In this document: positions 1-10,804 of the stretch, in pieces
Layout of the letters: each line of letters starts with the position of its first letter
Position numbering within the stretch: the first letter of the stretch is position 1
NCBI GenBank assembly: GCA_003614675.1
Contig: ML002325.1
Coordinates: 1-41,637 of the forward strand
Source: Dimargaris cristalligena
Lineage: Eukaryota
Direction: 5' to 3'
Length of the DNA: 41,637 nucleotides
Program-made: the position numbers and the translations under genes
The notes under the pieces: generated by a model
What the model saw: only the letters and a program-made list of their open reading frames with translations
Told to the model about the DNA's origin: nothing
Databases searched by the model: none

Positions 1-46
1 TGGTAAAACCGACCGTTTGGGAATAGTGAGTAGTGAGTAGACTTAC

Positions 47-1082
47 GCATCGAGTGCCTCGTCAGTGAATTCCAGGTAGAAATTGTACTTGTGCGAACTA
101 GCAGGTAAAACTCCCTGGTTTTTGTAGAACCGGTACTTGACGCTTAGCGGCCAGGGTTTCCGAGCTGTAGGAAATATAAGCCATGCGTATGGCCAGGTGG
201 TGTTTTTATGATATGATTAGCGGATCCAAATTTGGCTGAGAATCGCTCAAGGAAGCGGGTAGGCCCCACGAGATGGGTCGGAGAAGAGTGCCGCCGTGCT
301 TCATGCCAACTCGCGCGGGCCATTTTTTAGCAGCCCGGCGTCACATAAAAAGAACACAGGGTAGGGAAGGGAAGGGGGGGACTTACCGTGGTGCAAACTA
401 TAGCCGTTGCCTCGAATCACTCCTTTGGCGAATCCGCACCGGAGGGCACAGAGGACAGCGAGCTGGAGAGCGATGCGATTTCCACCGAAGTTATCGGGTT
501 TGTTATGGTTCCAAAATAAAAATAGACGCGTCATTAATAATAAGCCGGGCGGGGCACATTTAATATAGCAAACCGAATATTGGTGATGTGGTTTAAAGAC
601 TGTATTCATACAGATATATCACTACCGCTTGTTTATCCAATCTTACCTGTATTTGTTCCTGTAGCTCGGCTGATTTTTCGTAGATGGTGTGGTACTCCTC
701 ACTGTGGTGACTGGTGGGGCGGAGTTATGGCCGAGTTGGGTTGATTTTAAACCCCGGAAACATAGGTTAAATTAGGGCATTAGAACACTTGGGTTAGTGG
801 GGTAAGGTAACCACTAATGAAAGAAACCAGGGGCCTCCGAGACCTATATCAAATCACTGAGTATATAATACAAGGCCGGGAAAGTACGGGAAAAACCCCA
901 ATTACTTAGACTCCGTTTACCCGGATACTACCCAGCCCTATGGCTACCACCCATTCGTATGCCTGGCCTTGGCCGACAGTCAGGGCTTGAACTTACTTGA
1001 AATAGCGCAAGGACACTTGAATCACCTCGTCCCTCACGCATAGAAGGCGGGTTTCGGGTATACGGAAAGAATTGAAATCCAT
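47..1082 (-). CDS. Hypothetical protein, multi-exon, 3'-truncated by window start (exons 1082-997, 710-647, 462-387, 164-47)
   Basis: GTAAGT/GTAAGA donors and CAG acceptors. Intron phases (2,0,1) join into one open frame: MDFNSFRIPETRLLCVRDEVIQVSLRYFNHHSEEYHTIYEKSAELQEQIQLAVLCALRCGFAKGVIRGNGYSLHHARKPWPLSVKYRFYKNQGVLPASSHKYNFYLEFTDEALDA. A further GTAAGT donor lies at 46. The start is uncertain: an acceptor at 1104-1105 and a donor at 1428 could add upstream exons. Confidence 0.6.
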
Positions 1083-2104
1083 GGCCAATGAGTCGCTCTT
1101 TCGCTAATGGGGTGGGCTTGTTGGCGGGGTCTGTGAATCGCGGTGAACCGGATCGACTGAGAGGCGATGAGGCAATTAGCACAGCTATATCGGAGTTGGT
1201 GGTACTGGAAAAGGCAAATGCGCGGGAATGAAAAAAGAAGCCAATGTGCGTAGCATATATTTCGAATACACAACAGGTGAATATATTTTAGATATACGAA
1301 CGGCTGCTAACCGGGCTATCGGAACTATATTAGAAACTATCCGGAGAACAAATATATGTATATAACATAATAAGGGAATGAGGGTGACCAGATGGACAAA
1401 CTTAAAAAAAATAAGTACAAACACCTACGTAGGTCAAGGAATCGGTAGTATATATGGTAAATAGGTAGGTACATGGCTGGTGGAATCTTCCCCCTGAAAT
1501 AACTTGGCCGTATGGCCTGCCTCTGGAAGTTCACGACCGACAAGCCAATATTCAGAGCAACTTGCACCTGAATCTGGGGTTCAGATACTCTATGGCCTAC
1601 CTTGACGTGGGTCAATACAAGGTTTGCATTAAAAGCAGGGCTGCCTTTCGAATGTTACCAGTTCGTCGTGAAGAAATTGTTATTGTTTTGATTATTCCCT
1701 TCGTGGCCATCCTTGGTTTATATGGGCCATTGTATCGGCCCGGTTGATGGACCCCATTAGGGTATGACAACCCGACTACTAGGTACGACAGCCGCTGGGC
1801 CCACTGCTGATTTAGGAAGGCGCCTGCACTTGGACAATCTATGTAATCAGGGCAATGGAGAAGCCCACTACTGGCAAGCCCTGGGGGAAGGAGATGCCCG
1901 GTTCATTCACCACAAGTCCATAAGCGATTATGCAAATGGTACAACTCGATATACTTTATTTCTCATAAACATAAATATTACAATAAGATGGGGGAGGGGG
2001 CTTGAAAATGCCAGATCCTACAAAATTGGATTTATACTATCGCCGGACAGACCATTGGACCATTCTCACCTCAGTCACACTCTACGCGAAAAGACGGGAA
2101 AGCC

Positions 2105-2965
2105 TTATTTGAGGACTACATGGGCATTTCGTAACTCTAGATACTGCTGTTCGGTGCCGCGTGGCAATTGCTGAATATGCTGGTACACCTCCATATTGTG
2201 ATACCGGAGATTAGTTTTGGGGTCGGTGTAGGGTGCCTAGAACAAAACGGAAACGATATTGCAATTGAATCAACGGGAAAAGGCAGGTTAAATAGGGCTG
2301 TATACTTTAGGATATAGTTCAGCAATGCCCACTACCACCAATGCACTCGCAGCTAAAATGTGGTATAATTGGGCCACAAGCCGAATGAGTAGAGGGGCCT
2401 CGCTTTGCGCCCTCTATATTAATTGTCAATGACATCCTACCTCAAAGCCTGTAATATCGCAGTACTTGGGCTGGGGCAAAATGGATGGCGGGGCCTCCAT
2501 CGACCAGTCTATTGTAAAAAGGTGGTTCGGAATACCCGGGTGGAAAACATGCGGTTTAAAAAGCAGAGCGGGTTAAAACAGAAGTAGGTGGGGTTGGCCC
2601 TGTGTTTTATGCGTGCAATAGTTTTTGCATTAACGTGTAGTGAGCCGAAGCGGCCGAGTGGGGTCCTGGATTGCTTCGGAGAGTGGGTATAACTTACATG
2701 TGGGGAAGTCAATGGGGTACGTGGTGGCCTTCTCCATCGTCAGAACCTGCTTAAAGGATTTGTACTTCTTGGTGGATTTGTAGTTGGGATTTTTAAATGG
2801 TTTCGCTGCCTCGAGCAGATTGGGAATGCCGTCGGGCTGAGCTGCCGGAGGTGCTAAGCCAATGCTGCCTGCCTCGTCGTCCGAATGGTCGGACGAAGCG
2901 ATGGTCACTACCTTGCGGCCTCCATTGCCGGAGGTGGCCGTGGCTTTGCGTTTGAGAGCGGACAT
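2105..2965 (-). CDS. IES6: INO80 chromatin-remodelling complex subunit Ies6/INO80C (YL1-C domain), 155 aa; exons 2965-2698, 2508-2441, 2236-2105
   Basis: The spliced product contains KPFKNPNYK...KSFKQVL...PTYWSMEAPPSILPQPKYCDITGFEAPYTDPKTNLRYHNMEVYQHI...QQYLELRNAHVVLK*, the family signature. Splice sites are canonical GT-AG and in frame. Confidence 0.95.
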
Positions 2966-4833
2966 GGTTGGGAAGTCGGAGAATGGGGATTGCCGGACGC
3001 GTAAGAAAGGGTCAACCAATAATGTATCGAATCAATAGAAAGGGCGCATTCCAATGGCCGGGAAAGGAGGGGCAGTGAGTAGAGTAAGGTGGGTAGGGAA
3101 CTCAACTGAGGTGGTACCTTCCCGCATCTATACTCTCTCCTTTAAGCGAAGAGTGGTGGTGGCTCTTCCATTTCACCACGATGGAGTACACTAGGAATTC
3201 AGCCAAGATACACTGCTTGGTCGTTGGGTTCGGAAACCCAAGACATGGTGCTGGCGTATTCCTCTAGCTAGCGGCCATATATGTGTGTTTTAATGAAGTA
3301 GCTATTAATACTGGTCAAAAATAAATATTTAAAATGTGGTTTTGTTATGTAATTCACACTGCCGTGTCCTTGGATTCAGAAAAGTTGATCGATTTCAAGA
3401 TGATCATGTTGAGAATGGTTAATGTACCATACTATACAAATATTATCTTCGCCCTTGGTACGGCAAGATGTGCATAGGCGAACAAGCCATTTAGCAATAA
3501 TGTATGTACCCCTAATCACAGAGAATCGGTATTAGCCCACCGCTTTTTCAGTAGAAGCCTTACAATCGCGCCTACCATATTACAATTCCAACTACCACAT
3601 CTTGATTGCAGATTCATACTCACATTATCTTCCACCCGCTATCTGACTAGTCTACATATCGGGTTTAGTGACCTAAATCAGCCCATATACGTAATCTAGT
3701 TCCTATCAGCCTATGGTTATTATCATTTTGCAGGTCTTGTATTGTGTGCCCTTTGGTAATGACTGCCGTCGACGGTACTTTGGGCGTTGTCATTTTAATA
3801 TCAACATAGCCTCCCCGTTGTAGCAGCTGTATTGGCAGGTAAAATGGACAGTATCATAAACTATATGTGGGCAGGGTGGGGCTTTTTTAGTCACATGGTC
3901 AAGTGTGGATGGTAAAGGTAATCCAGCGGCCGTCATTAATCGCATTTCATCCGCCCCCGTCGGCAGTCTCCCAATGACATCTACTAACTGGACCCTACAT
4001 GAATTCTACCTAATCCTCCAGACAACTAGGTCAGATGATAACCATTAACTAGTTACTGGAGCGACATGGGAGGCTTTTTGGGGGCATTCTACTCTATGAT
4101 TCGTACAGGCTGTTATAAGACTAAAACGCACCGTCGCCTCGACAGCGGTCATTTTCCTCGAGCAAAATCCCGCAAATCTCTTTGTTTAGTGGGTAAATGA
4201 GATAGGGTGGGCCTAAATATGAGTTAAATGATAGGTGGCAAAGACCAAGAAAAAAGGAGACCCTTAATACAATTGGGCGATTACAACTAAGTGCCCCAAA
4301 TCCTACTGGTCTTGTTTATGTCTGTCAAGTTTGTCTATCCCGCCACTATATGATTGCCCATAGCCCTCACCTTCACCATCACTTTAAGAGAAAATAGAGG
4401 TACAGGTCAAGGAAAATCAAGGAGTATCGTTGCTTTCTGTGGACCGCCCAAAGTTACTCCGCCCGCTTGATTTGTTTAACCGGCGTGGTTTACGATGGCA
4501 TGGATTGGTCTATTGCATTACCATTGGGGACGGCCTACGCAGGTCGGGCGGCATGGATATAAGCATGCTTCATTCATACATCTATATAAAAAGGGCAAGG
4601 GAAAAGACCGCGCTTTTGAACAAATAGCCCATGTATTCATAGTTACCGACTTATGTCATTTCCTTATTTTTATAGTCTTACCTTCAACTGTCACCATCGC
4701 CTGTACTAAAATTATATAGCATTGTAGTGTTATATATTGACATTCTAATCCCTACTCTCACTCAATCTAATTAATACCGTCTATTTATTTACCCCTCCTT
4801 TAATTAATATTAACTCAAGGACTATTTCTAATC

Positions 4834-5469
4834 ATGCCACCGAAATGTCTCGCCGTTCCCCTAGAGCGCTATCACGGCTATTTCATCGGGGCATTCGTGA
4901 CCCTTATAGCCTCGATTGGGCTATTTTTAGGCGGCCGATTTGTCCGAGATGATGTCGAAGAAAACGGCGAGGTTTTCTCCGATCACTTTGGCGCTTTTCT
5001 CGCATTAAATATCATTGCCACGATTTTAGTTGTTCTTGCACTTGGTCTAATTTTCATTGGCGTAATTCGTCGAGCAAGTGTAAGTCAAATAGCCATTAAA
5101 GAAAGCTGGGTCAATGTATCCTATTTACCATGACTCACAGTATAGTGTAATGAATGCTACTGCAACAGTACTCTACTTCTACCATGCTCCTAAATATATT
5201 TTCCTTGTCCAACCCAGCCAACTTCGCGCCATTTACTTATACCCGACATATATATATGTATTTAGATTCTATCTGAACGGAGGGAGGAGGAGCGGGAAAT
5301 CCGGCGAGACCAGCGTCGGCAAAATCGACAACGCCATAGCCGGGGCAATGCTCGTTCCAAAGCGCACACTTCAGTCACAGTGAACTCCAATGTTTCTAAA
5401 AGCAAAGAGTCTGTCACTTTCAAAACCCACGACCCAAGTGCCAAGGAAACGCCTATTCTCCCTCTGTAG
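4834..5469 (+). CDS. Small two-TM membrane protein, 149 aa (exons 4834-5079, 5266-5469), Arg/Glu-rich cytoplasmic tail
   Basis: Two hydrophobic segments followed by RRAS. GTAAGT donor at 5080, TTTAG acceptor at 5265, phase 0. Exon 2 is open to TAG (ILSERREEEREIRRDQRRQ...PILPL*). Confidence 0.8.
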
Positions 5470-6358
5470 CGCTACCCTATACGTCCCACTTTATAAGTGA
5501 TACCGTCCTATTCGTTTTTTTAGAGTAATAAGCATGCCCTCATCTCGAACTCCGTTTTCTTATACACCCAAAGGTATCATTTCATTTATACCTGTGTGGC
5601 CATTATGACTTTCGTCAAAGTAAATCCCACTGTCCCACTTTCAACCAAAATTATGTAAGATTTTTATTTCTTGGAGACTGCAGCCCATCTCCAATTGTAC
5701 ACAATGGAGTAGAGTAGTGTATTTCTTTACCACTTCATCTGCCTTTACCTTTTTGAAAAACCGAGTAAAATGATCTGCTTACTGCAAAAACAACAATATA
5801 ATTCAAGCATGCATCAGCTAAACGACATGCCTTCTCCAACAACATTTATATGAGGAAGGGGAAAAGAGGGGGTGTACTGAGAGGAAAAACAGGAAATGAG
5901 TTCGCTTGAGAAGGTGTGTAGGCACACGGATCGACACCATCCTAATGCCAGTAGTTAAGCCAATAGCCGTTCGACGACTTTGAGGCGGCTCTTCATCGTC
6001 GTCCAGGAATGGGTACCGCAGTGCCAATCCCTACGCATTGATCACCATGGGACCAGAGAGTATCAGGTGGACTAAGTGAATCCCAATATAGTCGATAAGT
6101 CCTTCCGAATGCCATCTATGCAAGAGTCCTCCAAGGCCCAGTTCTGGGACGAATGGGTTCCTGACCTCGGCTCGGTTTTGCCACTTTCACTTTCACTTTC
6201 AACCGACGAGATATTCACAGTACACTTGTCCATTTATACCAGATAATTTCCTGAATCTCCGTCTCCCCCCTCTCCTTGACTTTTTATGTTTTTATGTATT
6301 TTTGGGAGGGATCAGTTATTGATTGGTTAATTCTCAATTAGGTATTATATTCTCACCC

Positions 6359-7057
6359 ATGGCATTCTATACTCAACCCCGCCCCGTTTTATTAATAGGG
6401 GCGTTCTTTATTCTACTCGGCATCGGTCTCTTCGCCGGCAGCCGGGTCGTTGCCGTTGACTATTACTATGGTAATAGCACCTACCAGACGGCTTCAGTAC
6501 AATACTACGGTCTAACCTGGTCCGGCGTGGCCGCATTCGTCATTGGCTGGGGTTTCGTGGGCCAGGGATACTACCTTCGGAAGCGCCGGGTAAGTGCTAA
6601 GTGGCAGTGACATAGTTTGCGCGTAGTAAGCAAGGTGGAAAATCCCCACACTCGACTAGTATTTCCTTCAATTGTAATGGTTGACCCCCCCCATTTGAAT
6701 GGCTGGCTGCAGCTATGTTCCAGGTAGAGTGTCGCACTAATAACATATCCTTATTATTCCCCATCTCGCTTTGGCTAACGGGGCCTGGTTTAATAAAATA
6801 ATCTCTTTTTGCAATTTCAGATTGCTGCCATCAACCAAGGTTACGCTACTCCGTATCCACCAGGGGTCCAGCCCGCCGGTTTCTACCAGCCCCAGCAGCC
6901 CCCCGCCATGTACCCAATAGCCCCCCAGATGTATCCGGCTGCTCCCGGTATGTACCCCCCGCAACCGCCCATGAACCCCGCTCCCAATGGATATCCCCAG
7001 AAGCCCGTTATGAGCCCGGGGTCCTATGTTTACCCACCCCAACCCGCCCACACTTAG
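6359..7057 (+). CDS. Small two-TM membrane protein, 155 aa (exons 6359-6589, 6821-7057), Pro/Tyr/Gln-rich tail
   Basis: Two TM segments followed by RKRR. GTAAGT donor at 6590, GCTAAC branch near 6774, TTTCAG acceptor at 6820. This joins track ORFs 6323..6610 and 6809..7057 in frame. Confidence 0.85.
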
Positions 7058-7514
7058 GAGATACCCAAGATTTAAGCGTTCACTCGCTCCACCAGCCTTC
7101 CACGTTTTGCTCATCTGTGACTGTTTAAAATAATGACTGTGGTCAATAAGTGTAACGACCCGGTCGCATAGTCTAACATACTAAATAGCGGCTAGTCCGT
7201 CAAAGCAGTACATACCGTTAATTATATAGCAATTTAGTACTTAGCTGTGTTTTCCGTTGCATCATTAAAATAAATAAATTATTAAATAGTTAGCTACATT
7301 TCCATATGCTTGATAATTGGCTCAGTTGCTATCATCGAAACAAAAAATCGGAGGCATTTTGCCCAAAGTTGTGAGGTCACCGCGAATCGCACTATAATAT
7401 AGAGTACCGCTGCCGGCTATTGGATCCACTCTAAAGCTGCACACACTATTACTGATTAGTCGTCCGCCCATCCATCCCGTAATATTATAAAATTACCTCA
7501 AAACTTATATTTTC

Positions 7515-7632
7515 AGTTGTGGCCATATGTACCAGTTTGCACCGTATCCCGTTAGATCTGCGAAGTTAAGTTGGTATCAGCCAATTTAGTACTGAGGTGG
7601 GTGACCACTTGGGAATAGTTGGTGCTACAACT
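7515..7632 (+). rRNA. 5S ribosomal RNA (dispersed copy 1)
   Basis: AGTTGTGGCCATA...GCACCGTATCCCGTTAGATCTGCGAAGTTAAG...TAGTACTGAGGTGGGTGACCACTTGGGAATA...GTGCTACAACT is colinear with fungal 5S. The terminal helix is AGTTGTGGC/GCTACAACT and a T6 Pol III terminator follows. Confidence 0.97.
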
Positions 7633-7953
7633 TTTTTCTATTATTATGGATTTTTTGGCACAACCATTCCCTTTTTACTTTAGGCAAAATGGGCACTATT
7701 CTATAAGAGTGCAGGGAAGATATTTATTGCTAAATACGTAAATACTAAAATTATATTTAAATGTCGACATAGTAATATGTATATATAAAAGATGGAGTAG
7801 TGTAGGTAGATTGGGCCGATACGATTGAAGGGCTTTTTTAAATGATTACATAATGGAATTCCTATTAGGGCGCTCTAGGTGTAGTCAGTTGTGGAGGAGA
7901 CAAGGTCTCAGGTAAAGGGGGAAAAAAAGAAATAAGTATGATACCGTTACTCA

Positions 7954-8454
7954 TTAAGACTGGGGGAACTGAACGTGCACTTCGCTATCACGACTCTTCC
8001 GACGAGGTGGCGGCGGCACCCCACTGCCGGGGGCCTGGGAATAGGAGGTGGGTGCGCTGATGTACTGGTCGTCCGCATCCGAAACGTCCGCGTTCCGGCC
8101 CATGGAATGCTGGGGATAGCCGGGGGGACCACCGGGCTGGTGCATCGGTTGGGCCATGCCGACCGCGGGATGCTGATGATGTTGAGCCCCGCCGTAGCCT
8201 TCTTCACTTTCGGCCTTGTTAAGGTTCAGCAGGGACATAATGTGACCAAGTACCAGCAGCAGACAACCGGCCACCAGAATACCCCAGGAGGCATAGATGA
8301 GGCGACGGCTCACCTTATGGCCCATGTACTTCTTGCGGGATACGCGGGTGTGGATCCCGAAAAGGATAATGGCCACGACCATAAGAAAACTGCCAAAGGC
8401 CGAACAGCCAATGGCCAGCCGGCGTTGGGCGCCGTAGAATTGGGGGGAAACCAT
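7954..8454 (-). CDS. Small two-TM membrane protein, 166 aa, single exon, Pro/Gly/His/Gln-rich tail with PPGY
   Basis: Clean ORF with two hydrophobic helices and a low-complexity tail. A TATATAAA box lies on the minus strand near 8748-8755. Confidence 0.8.
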   Translation of the reverse strand: MVSPQFYGAQRRLAIGCSAFGSFLMVVAIILFGIHTRVSRKKYMGHKVSRRLIYASWGILVAGCLLLVLGHIMSLLNLNKAESEEGYGGAQHHQHPAVGMAQPMHQPGGPPGYPQHSMGRNADVSDADDQYISAPTSYSQAPGSGVPPPPRRKSRDSEVHVQFPQS

Positions 8455-10804
8455 GGTGGTGCGGATAGGAGGGTTAGGTGGGGGGTAAGGGAGGTAGGCG
8501 TAAATGGTTATAAGCTCAATGATTTAAACAAATTAATCAAAGTGCGGTGGAGGGGGTAAAATGGGTGGTAGAAGGAGCTGGTTGCTATAATAGAGCTAAC
8601 GAACCGGATTTTTTGGTTACAATAGATGAACCGGGAATTACAATGATCATTAATTAAATAAAAACACAATCATCGGTTGAGGAAAGTGGGCATCTATGCA
8701 AAGTTAAGTCAATGAATAATTCGACCAGAGTAGGGAACGGCAAGCAGTTTATATATGGGCAGGTCCAGGCAGGCAATATCCGGTGCGAGGTGTAGGGTGA
8801 GACCAAAGGAAGCCGTGGAATACTTATCGAGGCCCTCATATTATTATTATTATTTAAGATGGTGAGCGAAGAAAAGTCGGCGAGTCTAGTTTAGTTTCCC
8901 GCCAAGGTAACGCAGGCTGTCGAAGCAGATGTGTGACCAATCGAGCAGCCTGCTTTACTGTTTTCTCGCCCACTAACAGGGAGAGAGATACAGTGATCCT
9001 GCCGTTCATTTACCTATACTATGTATCAATAATAATAGTGAGCGTTGAATACTTGGGCAAGCCAAACGTAATTGTAGAGATAAACGGGTGGCTTTTGAGG
9101 ACAAGAACGTATTCAGGGCACACCTGTGACGTATAGTGGAACAGGTTGGGACTAATACGACCGCACCTTTTACTTGTCCCTTTGGATCCAACGGCTAGTT
9201 CAGCCCAAATGCATTGCTATACAGCCAACTCCCGACAAAATGATGGCCAAAGGGGAGGGAAGGCCCGTTCTATCAACCAACCGGTCTCTATGAAGGGTGG
9301 ACCGACGGCCAAAGTAGGCCATTTTTGCAGCTTTCGCACTGGCTATTACCCATATCAACGGGCGGCCGCCGCTAGGTTGGTACACCGTTAAAGGACACAC
9401 AAACCGCTGGCTCGTGCCACTCTGGCTTCTTTATGCGTCACTCGACACATGTGTAACTCGGCTGCGCTTTACACGCTGCTCGTCTCTTGGACAAGGATAT
9501 ATTTTTCTAGCCTTCCCTATTCTCCCTCGCTTATATTTCCGTTTCCGTTTCCGCCTCAGCTACTCTTCTCCCCCCTTTAGCATAATTTCCAAATAAGACC
9601 ACTGGCCCACCAAAAAAATGCCGAATGAGACCAGTTTTTTTCCCTTACACAGTACACCATTTTAGGCAATCAGCTAGCTTCCTTTCTTTTGACTATTTTT
9701 GAATTGCAGCAATGGTATGAGAGGTTAGATTTCGAGATTTATTTTCGCAGTGGTCTTGCTATTCAATCTCCGCCCGTTTCCAAAGAAATGGGCGCGTGGT
9801 CAGATTAATTGGCTGCACATACTAGTAGTGGTTTGGGTTCGTGAATTAAAGAACGGATCAGGTAAAATGCTATTTAACTATAATAAATTGCCTGCCTGAT
9901 AGAATACTATGAATGTAATGGATGGTCCGGTTTAAAAAGAAGTGGTTCGAAGAGTGGACCACGCCTATCTATAAAAATAAACTAAAATAGGAGATGGTGG
10001 TGGGTTTGCATTGGCGAATCCTAAACAGGACGACTAGAAGCGTCGTATCGGAATGACGGTGGTGTCACAATAAGTGAATGAAAAGGGTCGGTCGCCCTGT
10101 TTAATAGTGGTTCTGGCCCTTGAAATACGGCCGTCTCTAATACTCAATAAGTCTCCCCTTGTTTACTTTTCCCCCATTTTACTGTACCGGAGCCGACATT
10201 CGTCTAGCAGTTCCTAGCTACCATCACTTATCGACTCGACGAGGAAGCAGCCTATATTAGACTAGACCGAGCACTCGTGACAAGCCTTAGAGCGGCTGTA
10301 TGCAACTCCAAGGGTAGATGACAATGCCCAAAAGCATCGGGCCAGGTTCAGCACAGACTACTATTACCCCCCCTCGGCCGGTTAGCCTGTGCCCTTGTTT
10401 TGGCTTCTCTGGTCCTACAACAGTGGGCTTCCATGGAAGGGTGTGGTTAAATATGAATTCTTAAAGCGCAGAATAATTGCCACATTTAGCCTGCGCCAAG
10501 CCTTTTGCTCGCAACACCTTTCAATTGGTATAATGCAATCACAAGTCCCCCTTTATTCATTGGCAATTACATTTCGTAAAAGCAGTGACCCACCTCGAAA
10601 TACCGAAAAGGCGGACTATTCATCCAACTTTTAGAATAGGCCGCTGGAATCTTTTATTCTAATGAATGCCTCTATAATATAGTAAAGCGCTTCAATACAA
10701 CTAAATAATACAATATATACGACTGGCAGCTCCTTTTTTAATACCATGCTGATATTCAACTACGGTGGCACAGCTCGGCACACCAAAAGCTCTACTGGCT
10801 ATAC

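Noticed and set aside
7975-8559. 194-aa + strand ORF
   Set aside because: Antisense shadow of the 2-TM gene at 7954-8454, with a non-ATG start.
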